DNA of 64,000 nucleotides. It comes from an uncultured Nitrososphaeraceae archaeon (GTDB lineage: Archaea; Thermoproteota; Nitrososphaeria; Nitrososphaerales; Nitrososphaeraceae). The stretch's first letter is position 1. The number at the start of each line of letters is the position of its first letter. Below the pieces are notes generated by a model, which was not told the DNA's origin, did not search any database, and saw nothing but the letters and a program-made list of their open reading frames with translations. The DNA lies in contig CAVXZB010000087.1 in assembly GCA_963765895.1 (NCBI GenBank), forward strand, positions 66,880-130,879. The letters run 5' to 3'. The translations under genes and the position numbers were made by a program. Positions 33,348 to 44,532 of this stretch are shown piece after piece.

Positions 33348-34004
33348 ATGCCCTTTTTTATGTTGTGTGATTTATGCATTTTATCATTACTTTTCGTTAT
33401 TATCATCAACATCATATTATTTCCAAATGAGATAACAAAACCGGATAATATATCATCATCATTAATCTATGGCATATCTGTTATCGTTTATGCTCAGCAG
33501 CAACAGCATCAACAACCAATGCTTTCAACTATCAATAACCAGGAGTGGATTGATAGAAAATTGAATACTAAAGTTCTGTTTACCTATTCACCAGACATAC
33601 CTCTCGTGGGTGGATTCACTGAGCTAAACTTTAATGTATGGGATTCAAAGACTGGTACACATTTAAAAGATGTTTTTGCAAGAGTTACAATAAGTGACGG
33701 ACAGCAACAACACGTTCCTCTCAAATTTTATAGCGTGAAAGCTCCCAATGCCCACTTTTCTATAAAATACCAGTTTCCTCTTGAGGAAGCATACCAAATT
33801 TTCGTTAAAGTGGACTCGAAGTATTCTGCACTCACATTAGCATCATTTAAGATCTTTGTTCCTTTTTGACCTGTTGGTGTTATTAATATAAGTCATATTT
33901 TTCCGATACTAATTCCTGCTGGATTAATAGCCATAGTTGGCCCCGTTGCTATTTTATCGTTTATTGTTTTAGTTAATAAAGGAAAAAAGGATAAGAATGC
34001 CTAG
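33348..34004 (+). CDS. Exported Ig-like protein with C-terminal TM anchor, interrupted by an in-frame TGA at 33867
   Basis: After the TGA, 44 in-frame codons encode a hydrophobic helix and a KGKK tail. Confidence 0.6.
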
Positions 34005-34219
34005 GTTACATAAGTCGCCTTGATATTTGGGTAGAAGGATCAGTCAGGGATTTTCAATTGATGGTATGTAAAAGTTTTAAGGGTTATGCATTGGTTCAAG
34101 TCAAGTATTACTTGTTTGAGAAGCTCCAGGCTTGGACCTAAATAAAGTGATATCTGGCTTAAAGGAGATAACTCCTAGTTTACCATATAGCTAAAATAAC
34201 GCTGCGATTATGTACGAAT

Positions 34220-35038
34220 GTGTTTCTTAAAGAAATGGTTAATAATATAATAAATACGAGTATTATTTTAAAGCTACTCTTATTTTCGACTACATCACTA
34301 TTATCATTATTATTATATTATTCATCCAATAATGATAACAGATCGGCTCTTGCCCTGCAACAACATAGTGCCATATCGTCATCTAACAACCAATCCAATA
34401 TGGTCCTTGGCGCTATTGCCTCAAATCTTTTTGCTGATAATCCTGACGCTATGGTAGGCGGTTATCACCCTCCGATTTATAATGCATCTGAATCAAAACC
34501 TGATGCACCAGCAAAAGAAAAAGGTTTCTTGGTGGCCGATGAAAAGCCATTCAACATTTCCTATTCGTCTAGCTGGATAAAGAACAAAGGACTTCCTATG
34601 CAATTTACTGGAGTTCATTCTACTCCAATTATTAGTTTTTTGATTCCTGATTTTGAAGCAACCACTAGCAAAAGTAATTTTGTTGGAATAGCCAAATACA
34701 TAATTGGCGGCAACCGAACTGCCGCTGCATCATTATCTGATTACGTAAAAGAAGAAATTAATGAATTGGAAAGTGATGGAAGCTTTCAACTTTACGAATC
34801 ACATTCTGAGAGACTTGGACATAACCGTAATATTGCACACAAGATAGTATTTACTACCAACATTATAGATACTTCTCCGAATAGTGGAGCTCAAGTAATA
34901 GGCCACAGGAAGACTATGGAAATAATCACAGTAAATAACGGGGTAGCATATTTCTTTGTATATAGTGCAAATGCTAATAAATATCCGGTTTATTTACCAG
35001 ATGTAATTAAGATGCTCAATTCATTTGAGCTTAAATGA
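34220..35038 (+). CDS. Secreted PsbP-like domain protein
   Basis: N-terminal hydrophobic helix; FNISYSSSW...AHKIVFT...YLPDVIKMLNSFEL. Confidence 0.75.
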   Translation: MFLKEMVNNIINTSIILKLLLFSTTSLLSLLLYYSSNNDNRSALALQQHSAISSSNNQSNMVLGAIASNLFADNPDAMVGGYHPPIYNASESKPDAPAKEKGFLVADEKPFNISYSSSWIKNKGLPMQFTGVHSTPIISFLIPDFEATTSKSNFVGIAKYIIGGNRTAAASLSDYVKEEINELESDGSFQLYESHSERLGHNRNIAHKIVFTTNIIDTSPNSGAQVIGHRKTMEIITVNNGVAYFFVYSANANKYPVYLPDVIKMLNSFELK

Positions 35039-35310
35039 GCTATTTTATTTTTGTGAATGAATATAAGTAGAGACTTGTTTCAGGATAAGTTTTTTTCATT
35101 TTTATTATAATACTAAAAATAGGCAAGATCAAAAGTAAAATATAGTAAGCCTTGAACTTTACCCTTCTTATCTTGTTACCTACCTAACTATTTTCGCAAA
35201 GTGTCATTCCAACCTGATAGAATTTGAATATTAAAAATGATCCTTGACGGTTACTTAGCATTTAGAAATGAAAAATATAGGGGAGGATCAGAAATCCTTT
35301 TAGACCATCT

Positions 35311-35861
35311 CTACCTGGTCATATTTCCTTGCATGCTAGCCGATGATGGTAACGGACTGATTTCATTTACACCTATTACAACTGTACTAGCAGGTGGTAG
35401 TGTCATCGTATTTCCTGTAGGATTTTGTATTGCAATATCCATAATTGGATTTCCAGGTTTAGAATTCACGTCCACGTGGTAAATACATAATTTACCAGGA
35501 CTTGATAATGGCTTTACTAATTCAAGTTCAGCTGGTTTTACATCCGGAGTTTGTCCTATCAATATCTTCAATGGGCTAACAGAACTAGTGTCACATAGGA
35601 ATATTTGCAGCTATATGTCCGTTTGTTATCATGTAGGGGGTAGCATCGTAAAGGTGTATGAAACCTTTAGCAGGAATGGATTTGCCTTCTAATAAGATTA
35701 TTGCAGAATCTCTTACAACGTTCTTTGATGCTGCGGTTGTTTGTTGTGCATTTGCTATCAAGGCAGTATCTCATACCACTGATGAAAAGAGTCATTGTGG
35801 CTTCTGTAAGAAAAATAGCAGTTGCTATTAATCCAACTGAAAACCTTTTTTGACTGATCAT
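35311..35861 (-). CDS. Secreted thaumarchaeal-type protein, frameshifted
   Basis: Joined reading: signal...VVRDSAIILLEGKSIPAKGFIHLYDATPY...GHIAAN...KILIGQTP...LCIYHVD. Confidence 0.65.
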
Positions 35862-35933
35862 GTTGTTAATATATGTATTAGGAAGTAATGGTTTTAAACA
35901 TTAAATCTGGAAAATAGGTTTTTTATTTGAAGT

Positions 35934-36731
35934 CTATGTGGTATTTATCCCATATTCATAGGCATATTCATATTTTTTCTGTTTTGCTCCCTCCTGCGAT
36001 TGTGATGTTGTCGGTATTACCAGGGTCTTTTCTATCTTCTCCAATCCTGTACTGTTTATTAATGTCCCAAACATTTCATGAGTACTTGCAAAATGATTTT
36101 CCGTTTTAACTGTGTCTATGATAAGCCCAAGTACATGTTGTCTTCCCATAAGATGTACCGTAATAGGAACTTGCTTGAACTTTAAAGCACCGTCAGAATA
36201 AATATTTCCGATTCCAGTAATTACCATATCGCCACCACCTATTATTACATCATTTGATACAAAATCATTAATTGAATGGATATGAGATTCACTGCCATCG
36301 GGTTTTACCATAGTAAAATTAGCTGAAAAAGCGGCTTTAGGAGATGAAACAGGAGAGGCCGTATTATTAGATATTTGATTGTTCATATTCGTATTATTAC
36401 GTACTACAAGATCCCATAAACCACCTTGTATCCAAGTGACTGAACCATTTTCTATTTGATTATTTGCAAAGTGACCTGATGCTTGTATCACAATATCTTG
36501 TTGTTTAGACTTGGCTTCTTTAATTAGTTCGATTATACTTACCTTTGAGCCCATAGTGTTAACAGGTGACGCATTAACAATTTTAATGAGATATGGTGCA
36601 GATACTAATGAAATAGCTAAGAGAGTGCAAAGTAATGGTAGAGTAAACACATTACTGTTTCCGTACCATATTCTTTCTTTTAGAATTGCAGTATTTGCTC
36701 TTAATATAGTATTCTGTGAGCCCGTACCCAT
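35934..36731 (-). CDS. Secreted beta-rich hypothetical protein
   Basis: TM/signal helix; FTMVKPDGSESHIH and NHF motifs. Confidence 0.75.
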   Translation of the reverse strand: MGTGSQNTILRANTAILKERIWYGNSNVFTLPLLCTLLAISLVSAPYLIKIVNASPVNTMGSKVSIIELIKEAKSKQQDIVIQASGHFANNQIENGSVTWIQGGLWDLVVRNNTNMNNQISNNTASPVSSPKAAFSANFTMVKPDGSESHIHSINDFVSNDVIIGGGDMVITGIGNIYSDGALKFKQVPITVHLMGRQHVLGLIIDTVKTENHFASTHEMFGTLINSTGLEKIEKTLVIPTTSQSQEGAKQKKYEYAYEYGINTT

Positions 36732-37159
36732 ATGGAAACTGTTTTTTCGTAAAACATCTATACCATCTTCATTACTAACATACTAAAATGGCAATTGCGG
36801 CTACTACCTTCCGATCTTCAGTAATAGTGTATATATTATAATAACAATTTATGACTAGAAATAATTAAACTGAATATCCCAATTACTTATGATTTTTTAA
36901 TCGCGGGCCTAAACAGAATTAAACTATTAGGTATGGCAATAGCGTTGAAAATATAGAATCAGTTAGATTCATATATGATAAACCAAGCAGGTTCATGTTC
37001 CATGCTCATATTAATGGATTCACCGACCTCGGTTGAATAAGAATATTCAACAATCTTAAGTATGGAAATACAAATTAGAGTAAAAACCTATCTTGGGTCA
37101 TAATATCGAAAAAACAAGCAGAACTACATAGACATATGTACATTAGTAAATGTACCACG

Positions 37160-37920
37160 TTATTGAAAGTACCCAGAGAAACCATTGAAGCCATCTTTGT
37201 TTTTCACGCCTACTTCTGGAACTATGAGGTACAATGCATTTGATAAATCCGGCACTCTCTTTGCAGCTATTGCATCTTGTACCACTTTTCCTACCATGTT
37301 CTCATCATAAGTTTTTGTTATAGGTGTTATAGTGTTAACGTAAGAGCCCCCATACTTTGGCGGTTTGATATTTCGATATTGCTGTAGCACTGAGAAGTAT
37401 GCAGAATATTTTGTTAGCAGCAATTTTATCCTATCTTCTATTCCTTTCTTTGTTGGTTCTGATGTTGTCATTTTATTCCAGCTCGAACTCCAAAACACAA
37501 TATACACAACTGCATTTTGCATTATCAGTCCTCCATGATCTTCTACCATGATATTATTTGTCAGTGTTCTGCTTCCCATCAAAGCAGGGGTGCAACACAT
37601 CCTGCTCTTATGTTTGACCAATAGGAATGGACATACAAGTCATCTCCAAGCAAAACATTTCTTGTTCACAAACATCGGATATTTGGTCACCATGTCCACC
37701 TATTACAGCAAAGCCTTTGGCGCCATCAAGTTGAGGAGGATCGGCCAGTGTTTCTACTATCTCATGCGATATAACGTTTGTAAATTCATGATAGTTTGTA
37801 AAACCATCTGTAATGCTGAAATATCTGACATTATCTGTATTTTGAGCGTATGCCGGCGCTGCCTGTAACCAAAGTTAGAAGAAGTACTGCTAATACCATT
37901 AGACAGAACATTTTATCCAT
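37160..37920 (-). CDS. Secreted Phi-1/EXORDIUM-like domain protein with permuted order, about 3 frameshifts
   Basis: Signal ending PAYA|Q; SHEIVETLADP; GDQISDVC; YWSNIRAGC; then DHGGLIM..VYIVFW..SAYFSVLQQY. Confidence 0.55.
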
Positions 37921-38268
37921 TTTATCATTCTACCTATTAGTACCGCGGCAAGCTAATCTTAGTCGCTGATCTGTATCCAAGCAGAACAAATCCAGTCCAG
38001 ACTCATATTCGAGAATGTTAACGTTGATGATGAAAAAATAGGATGATATATAATTTGACGTTCAATAATACTCTTAAGTATTACGTTTATTTTGTCTTGC
38101 ATTCCAAATCTGCTGTCATATTTATAATATAAACCATATATTATGAGTTTTACTCACCTCAGGGGTGTTCACTCATTACTATATTAAGTAACTCTCTCAG
38201 AGGGAGTTATTTTTTTTTGAAATTTCCATCATTAGTCTTATATCTCTTAAATTTCTACTAGTAAAAAG

Positions 38269-38517
38269 ATGTTAACAAAACCTACGTTAATAATTGGAGT
38301 TGGAGTCTTACTGATTACCCTTGCATTACTTGCAACCGCACCCATAGTAAGCAATGAGGCATTTGCGAGTGGAGACCATCACAAAGATAAGGACTATAAA
38401 GACAAGCATCACAAGGATAAACACCACAAGCACAAACACCATCATCATAAGCACCATCATCATAAGCACCATCATCATAAGCACCATCATCATAAGCACC
38501 ACCACAATCGACACTAA
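38269..38517 (+). CDS. Secreted poly-His/Lys peptide
   Basis: Signal ending EAFA|S; 27 of 49 mature residues are His. Confidence 0.8.
   Translation: MLTKPTLIIGVGVLLITLALLATAPIVSNEAFASGDHHKDKDYKDKHHKDKHHKHKHHHHKHHHHKHHHHKHHHHKHHHNRH
38437..38496 (+). repeat. 15-bp tandem repeat x4 (HHHHK)
   Basis: CACCATCATCATAAG x4. Confidence 0.95.
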
Positions 38518-39332
38518 ATAAACTACAATAGTAAAAAATCAATCATAATATCCCAAAACTCAATTTTTTATTGTTAAGTTATAAGCAGTATTGTCATATT
38601 CAAGCCTTTATTTGTTAAGCGAAAGACTACCTCATCGTAACTCAATTAGTAAAACATATAGTGTGGATCTCCACATTTTAAAAGATGAAATTCACTACAA
38701 TAACTTAATTTAGTCTACCATATATTATTGCTATTATCAGTTTTATAAAAGACGTCAGTCTTATCTACATATTTGAAAGTCTTGGGAATTTGATTTATAG
38801 TGATTAGATACAGATGATGAAATTTGTATATCTGATCATCTTGTATGCTAAAGCTTCGAATGCCTTATCATAGCTGCTGCATAATGATCCGTCTATATCA
38901 TATCATCTTTTGACTAAATGTGGTTATGCTACTTAATATATGAGACAATTCACAGCTAAAATGGATTTTATGACTTGCCGAGGCATATATATTTCATAGT
39001 AAAACTTGAGTTGGCAATGAAATGTATCATCATCAACCAACGCTAGGACTAAACACACTAAAGACCGATACCAAAGGGACTGATAGGCGGCATCTGATCA
39101 ACTGCCGCCTGTGCAGAAGTCTGGACCATCACCACCAAGTAAAAATCCAGACCTCTCACATACCCCCTGGTTTATTCGAGTGAATTAGAATGGTCTTAGT
39201 AGGCTTAGCTTTTATCTATTCCTCACTTTTAGGGTGTAATTTAAGTACTTATTACAAAGCTCTCTTTAAGAGAGTAACATTTTACTACCTATACTTAAAT
39301 AATATATACGCATATTTTTCATATTTAACTCT

Positions 39333-40164
39333 ATGACTCTTCATGACCCAAACATGTTAAATCCGTATGTGTTATTAGATCCACATTTTTCTGCAACAGC
39401 CTGTCTTATCATTTCTATTATTTCAGCGTTTCTTGCGTTTGTAATATCATGGTCGTTCTATAGATCTTATAGATTTTCTGGCTTCGGACATCTTTTGGGT
39501 TTGCCAACAGGATTCATACTATTAGGCACATCTTTTCTATTTCATTATTTAAGTCTAAATTATAGATTCAATGATTTCTTGTACCCCGAATTATTTTGGA
39601 TTCAGTTAATACTTCAATCTAATGGATTAGCATTAATTGCTATCTCTTATAGATTTAAAGTTCGCAATTATAATAATTCTTCCTCATTCGAGCCAAATTT
39701 AGAGATTAATGATAGTAGATATGGCTTACCTCCATATCCTGCCCGTTTCAGTATTACAGCAAGAGATGCGTTAACAAACTGCTTATTTATATTATTAATT
39801 TTAATACCTTTTGTAGTCCCAGCGTTTGATCTGATGCTTAAACCTTATTTTGATTATGCAGGGCTTGCAGATTTGGCATTTATTATGACTATCTTTAATA
39901 TGATATTTTTGGCGTACATACTGTATAATGTCGTTATCTCATCGATCAACAAGTTTAATGCTAAATTCATCTACTCTCTAGGAGCATTTGCACTGCTTGG
40001 GCTTGAACAGTATTCCTTATTGTTAGCATATTGGGATAATGGCTCAATTTCATTTATCATCTCAATACTGAGCTCGCATAGGAGGACTATCCTTATTTAT
40101 GTATTTAATATATTATGCTAGGTCTTCATCACAAAGGATAACTACCGAAATTGAGACAAGATAA
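39333..40164 (+). CDS. 7-TM membrane protein (sensor-like), frameshift near 40070
   Basis: Multiple TM helices; the corrected end ARIGGLSLFMYLIYY...ETR* overlaps the start of the next gene. Confidence 0.7.
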
Positions 40165-40426
40165 AAGACACAAGCTTCAATTATTTTTTGAAATACTTTC
40201 TGCTATCGAAAATGATAGGATTAGCAATGGAATAGCAAAACCTACTCATGTACAGCAGTTTTCTAGGTTATCATATGATAAAATGATGAATCACTTGATT
40301 GAATTAGAAACTAAAGGAATGATCCATCGTGATGATAATGGCCTTATTTCAATAACTAGTAAAGGTCATAGATATGTAAAACAATATACTGAATTGATGA
40401 CCCTTATTGAAAGTCTATACCTGTAA
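40151..40426 (+). CDS. Winged-helix DNA-binding protein (HTH_45/DUF4364-like)
   Basis: PTHVQQFSRLSY...LETKGMI...ITSKG. Confidence 0.85.
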   Translation: MRQDKRHKLQLFFEILSAIENDRISNGIAKPTHVQQFSRLSYDKMMNHLIELETKGMIHRDDNGLISITSKGHRYVKQYTELMTLIESLYL

Positions 40427-40671
40427 GGATAATGATGGTATATAATTAATATCAACTAGTAATAGTCTTATTCAGATACAATATTCAAAACATATTATAC
40501 AAAATTATCAATAGAGAATCAATTAATGATGCTATCACTAAATACAAGGAAAGTTTCTTATTCTTTATGGAAGAGAATAACTATGTCGATAATTTTAGCG
40601 AATTGATGAGTGAAATATAAAGATCTACCTTGTTAAATTAAGGTGAATCAAACTAAACAAATTAAATCAAA

Positions 40672-41118
40672 TCAAATTATACCCTTTCGATAAAGAAGAT
40701 ATGTCACTGTGGCAGTGGCTGGAATACCAAATACAATAACATACGTAATATAAACAAGTGTCGTTACACTTATCTGGAACGAACTAGACTCACGCAAAGC
40801 TTTTGCGTATTGTGACGCGAGTTGGCTAGCCGAAGCTGAAGAAATACTAGGATTATTATATACTGTAGTATTAAATGCGGCAGAGGATCCTTTTATACCT
40901 CCAACATTCTCAATTCTAATACTCGTAGAACCAGAATTTGCAAATACGTAATGCTGAACATTCATTCCAATTTGTGCGCTGGTAGGGATACGTACTAGTT
41001 GTTTTCCATTTTGTATTAGCACAAAATCAAATGATAAAAGATTTGGCTTATTGTTCGCACGATTAAAGAAGCTTACAATGAAGGTTGTTTCATTACCTGT
41101 TAGTAACACCTTGGGGTC
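40672..41118 (-). pseudogene. 5'-truncated paralog of the 53030-54111 cupredoxin gene
   Basis: PKVLLTG...RANNKPNLL...IGMNVQ...YRKGII is shared; the signal and Cu domain are absent. Confidence 0.75.
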
Positions 41119-42050
41119 CTATTATTCATCCAGTTTGATAGAGAACAAAGACCTTAGCAAACGATTGACTAGAATCCATTCTACTTTGTATAGAAGAAAT
41201 TTGATACACGCCACAAAGTCATTAGTTTCTTTATTAGAATCTACGATATCTAACTAAACTATTAGAAAAGTAATTTTAACCCTATAGAGCTTCAAAATAT
41301 GTTCAATATACTGTGTATAACGTAAAATTACGATTTATCATATACTTAATTGTAGGCTCTCAACTGCCAATTTTAGAATATTTACAATCATTGTTATCTC
41401 CATTCCAACTTCTTCATTAGCCTCTAATGACATGTTATCTACGTCAGTTTCAAAACTCCTACCGAATAGTTCAGAAATGCAAATCTAGTGCCTGATGACG
41501 GCTTGTAAATGCCAGACCTCTTCAAGCTGTTTTCTGTCCACTCTGTCTTACAAGTCCATATTCAGTAACTATGGCAGTCTCGGTACTGTCTTTCATTATT
41601 CCATTTCTTTCATCATAGTGATACTTAATGACGGTGCTTCCTCAGAATTCCCTAGCCTTGGCTTATTCCAGTAAGTAATTAATTTAGAAACATCTAATTC
41701 TTTCAATTTGCCTTTGCCAAATTACTGTTATTTCTCGACTCTATCTACATCCAATATCCTATTGACAATGGTCTTTTCTTTGTGCTCGAACAACAGATCG
41801 AATATCATGGCTAATATGGGGACTGTCAGGCACTTAAATTCTAATATCTCTTCCGTTCTTGGTGAACTTCCTAACTCGTATCAATATTCTTGACTCGATC
41901 AAATATTGCGATTGTCTCTATCTTTACTGCGATAAGACTGACGAATACCCATACCACCCCAAAGAGTTAACATTCTTGTGTATTATTGATTAGTTTTGTT
42001 ATGCTTTGTTCCACTAAACATAAAATAGAATCCCCACTATACTTTAGAGT

Positions 42051-42332
42051 ATGAAACAGGAAGAAGATAACCAATCATGTGTTCATTTGGATCAAGCAAA
42101 TCAAAAAATTGCTCCAAATACACCCGAAGGCTGTGAAGAATGCTTGCAAACAGGATCGTCATGGGTACATCTGCGTCTATGCTTGGCCTGTGGTCACGTT
42201 GGATGTTGTGATAATTCTATGAATAAGCACGGTACAAAGCATTTTCATTCTACAGGGCACCCAGTTATTAAGTCATATGAGCCTGGGGAGAACTGGAAAT
42301 GGTGCTTTGTAGATGAAACATTTAGGGAATGA
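42051..42332 (+). CDS. Stand-alone UBP-type zinc finger protein
   Basis: CEEC...WVHLRLCLACGHVGCCD...HGTKHF...WCFVD. Confidence 0.92.
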   Translation: MKQEEDNQSCVHLDQANQKIAPNTPEGCEECLQTGSSWVHLRLCLACGHVGCCDNSMNKHGTKHFHSTGHPVIKSYEPGENWKWCFVDETFRE

Positions 42333-42535
42333 ACGTAACCATCACTACTATTATTTCTACTACTGAAATAGCATTAAAAGACAAGGATGAAAATGATCGT
42401 GAAATATGGCTAAAATTGAACCCTATTTTTGGTTGTTAATAATGCTAAAAGTATAATATTAGGTGCAAATCCAAAATCGTCATAGCAACTTGTTAGAGTC
42501 TTAACTTATAGACTATATCAATAGGCAATACTAGT

Positions 42536-43996
42536 TTAGGCATTTTTAGGCATTATTTTGTAGATTTTTCCATCGAAATATGTCAGAACATACAAGTTGC
42601 CTCCGGGGTCTGTTTTGATATCGGTTATTCTGCCCTGGAAATTACTCGCGAATAAAGTCTTTAAGATTTCGTTCTTATTATCAGCTACACGATCCGCTAG
42701 TTCGGAATGTGGACTACTATTTAGGTTTAGATGGGTTCTATTTGAGTTACTCACTTTAAAATAATATATGTTACCGAGGTTTATGTCACCAATGAAAATG
42801 TTATTTTTATATTTTATTCCAAAGCTTGAAGAATTAAAGAATTCTATGGCAGTAACACCAATCGGTATGCGCCAACTAAATTCAGGATCAGAATAATATG
42901 AACCTGGTAGAGCGAAGAGTCTACTCTTTGTCGGCGTATCATTATTGCGAGAGATCGGTCCCATAACTTTATCCCAGCCACTATTAAATCCTGGTTTCAC
43001 CAAATTAATTTCATCATAACCGTTTTCTCCGTTCTCAGTATCCCATAAAAGGCCCGTTACAGGATCAAATGCCATTCCAAAACTATTTCGAATACCATAT
43101 GCGTAACTATAATCTAGACCAGCAACATCCGTGGTGCTGTCAGATATATTATCATTGAGAAATGGATTACCTGCAGATGGCAAACCACTTATAGGATTTA
43201 TCCTCAATATGACAGATGAGTAGCTACTTTTTTTACCATATTTGTAGTTCTGCATCATAGTATTGGGTGAGTTCAAATCCCCAACTGCCACGTAGAGCTG
43301 ATGATCCCTGGGGCCAATTATCATCTTCCCACCGTTGTGGTATATGCCTGCCGAAGATGGCAATTCCAAGATTAATTTAGGGTTTATTAGAGAATTCCCA
43401 TTCCAGTCATATCTGTAAACTACGTTCTTTATTTCACTATTTTTTTTCAATTCAGTAAAGTAGATGTATACATATGCTTTTGGAATGGTAGGAAACAGAT
43501 GTGTTGGCGATAATGAGGAGGATGACTGTAACTTGCTTTTCATGTCTTTTCCTGATTCACCCGTTGTTGAAGTGTTATCTAAAATGGCCAAACCTAATAA
43601 CCCTCGTTCTCCCTGATTTTCTACTTTCAATCTTAGTAAGGGTTCTGTTTTTAGCACACCGTCTGATATATGACGGACATTGCCAGTATTCTTTTCCGAT
43701 ACCAGAATATTACTATGATCTAAAAATGCCATATTGGTTGGAAAAGATAGGTTACTGGTAACCAATTCTATCCTAAGATCGTCATTCTTTGTCAATACTG
43801 GATAATGCGGATCTTGGTTATGAATCACATAATCTTGAAACAAGAAACCTGCTATAATGACAAGCGCAACTACAGCCATAATGGTGAGGACAAATGGGAC
43901 AAAAAGGGTTCTTGTCGCTAGCTTTCTACGTTTTGTTGTTGTCAAATTGATAGTTTTATCCTGAGAAGTAGATAGCAGGATCGCTACCATTGGCAC
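42536..43996 (-). CDS. PQQ-dependent glucose/sorbosone dehydrogenase family protein, membrane-anchored
   Basis: GERGLLGLA, HNGG, YGIRNSFGMAFDP, ENG..DEIN. Confidence 0.92.
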   Translation of the reverse strand: MPMVAILLSTSQDKTINLTTTKRRKLATRTLFVPFVLTIMAVVALVIIAGFLFQDYVIHNQDPHYPVLTKNDDLRIELVTSNLSFPTNMAFLDHSNILVSEKNTGNVRHISDGVLKTEPLLRLKVENQGERGLLGLAILDNTSTTGESGKDMKSKLQSSSSLSPTHLFPTIPKAYVYIYFTELKKNSEIKNVVYRYDWNGNSLINPKLILELPSSAGIYHNGGKMIIGPRDHQLYVAVGDLNSPNTMMQNYKYGKKSSYSSVILRINPISGLPSAGNPFLNDNISDSTTDVAGLDYSYAYGIRNSFGMAFDPVTGLLWDTENGENGYDEINLVKPGFNSGWDKVMGPISRNNDTPTKSRLFALPGSYYSDPEFSWRIPIGVTAIEFFNSSSFGIKYKNNIFIGDINLGNIYYFKVSNSNRTHLNLNSSPHSELADRVADNKNEILKTLFASNFQGRITDIKTDPGGNLYVLTYFDGKIYKIMPKNA

Positions 43997-44052
43997 GACA
44001 TTTATAGATTATCGTATGCTACATCCCCGCCAATTCTACTCTATCGGATTGA

Positions 44053-44086
44053 TTATAAAAATCATATGATACATTCTACGAATGTA
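44053..44086 (-). promoter_or_regulatory. Palindromic operator plus TATA box
   Basis: TTATAAAAA-N8-TACATTCTACGAATGTA on the plus strand. Confidence 0.6.
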
Positions 44087-44532
44087 TTATGTTAGGGATC
44101 GTTGTACTAACAAGATGGTGATTATTTGAAGGGATTAAATTTGTACGTGAGGAGGATCAGGATCTAATTGACAGAGACTGAGGTCGAATCGGAGCATGAT
44201 GACAATATTTAAAAGGCCATGAAGAGACCTTACTTGGAATATAGCAATTTTGTAATTTAGGCTAATGTAGATAACAGATAATATAGTAGTTGAATTAGCA
44301 CCGACTGAGAAGCAAAGTATAGGTAATTTGTCCCAGAGTATTTAGACTGGACTATTAGAACAATTTTGGCGATCTCAAAAGTCTTATATTTTATGTCTTG
44401 ATGATAAGATCAAGAGCTATAATATTGATGGGACTATTGGTAAACGAATAAACCTGCTCGAGGTAGTTAGTAGTAATCCGAATCGAGGATTAAGGTTGAA
44501 ATTCGGTACGATCTTAATTAACAGAATCTATT

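Noticed and set aside
33867-33869. Selenocysteine recoding at TGA
   Set aside because: No redox-Cys context, no SECIS-like element seen, and Sec machinery is not expected in this lineage.
17832-38517. Small secreted peptides as RiPP precursors
   Set aside because: They have ordinary Sec-type signals and no adjacent modifying enzymes.
38315-38542. Minus-strand DDGAY-repeat and Met/Val-rich ORFs
   Set aside because: Antisense readings of the HHHHK repeat.
41120-41960. Possible degraded coding sequence
   Set aside because: Only short broken fragments; no family recognisable.
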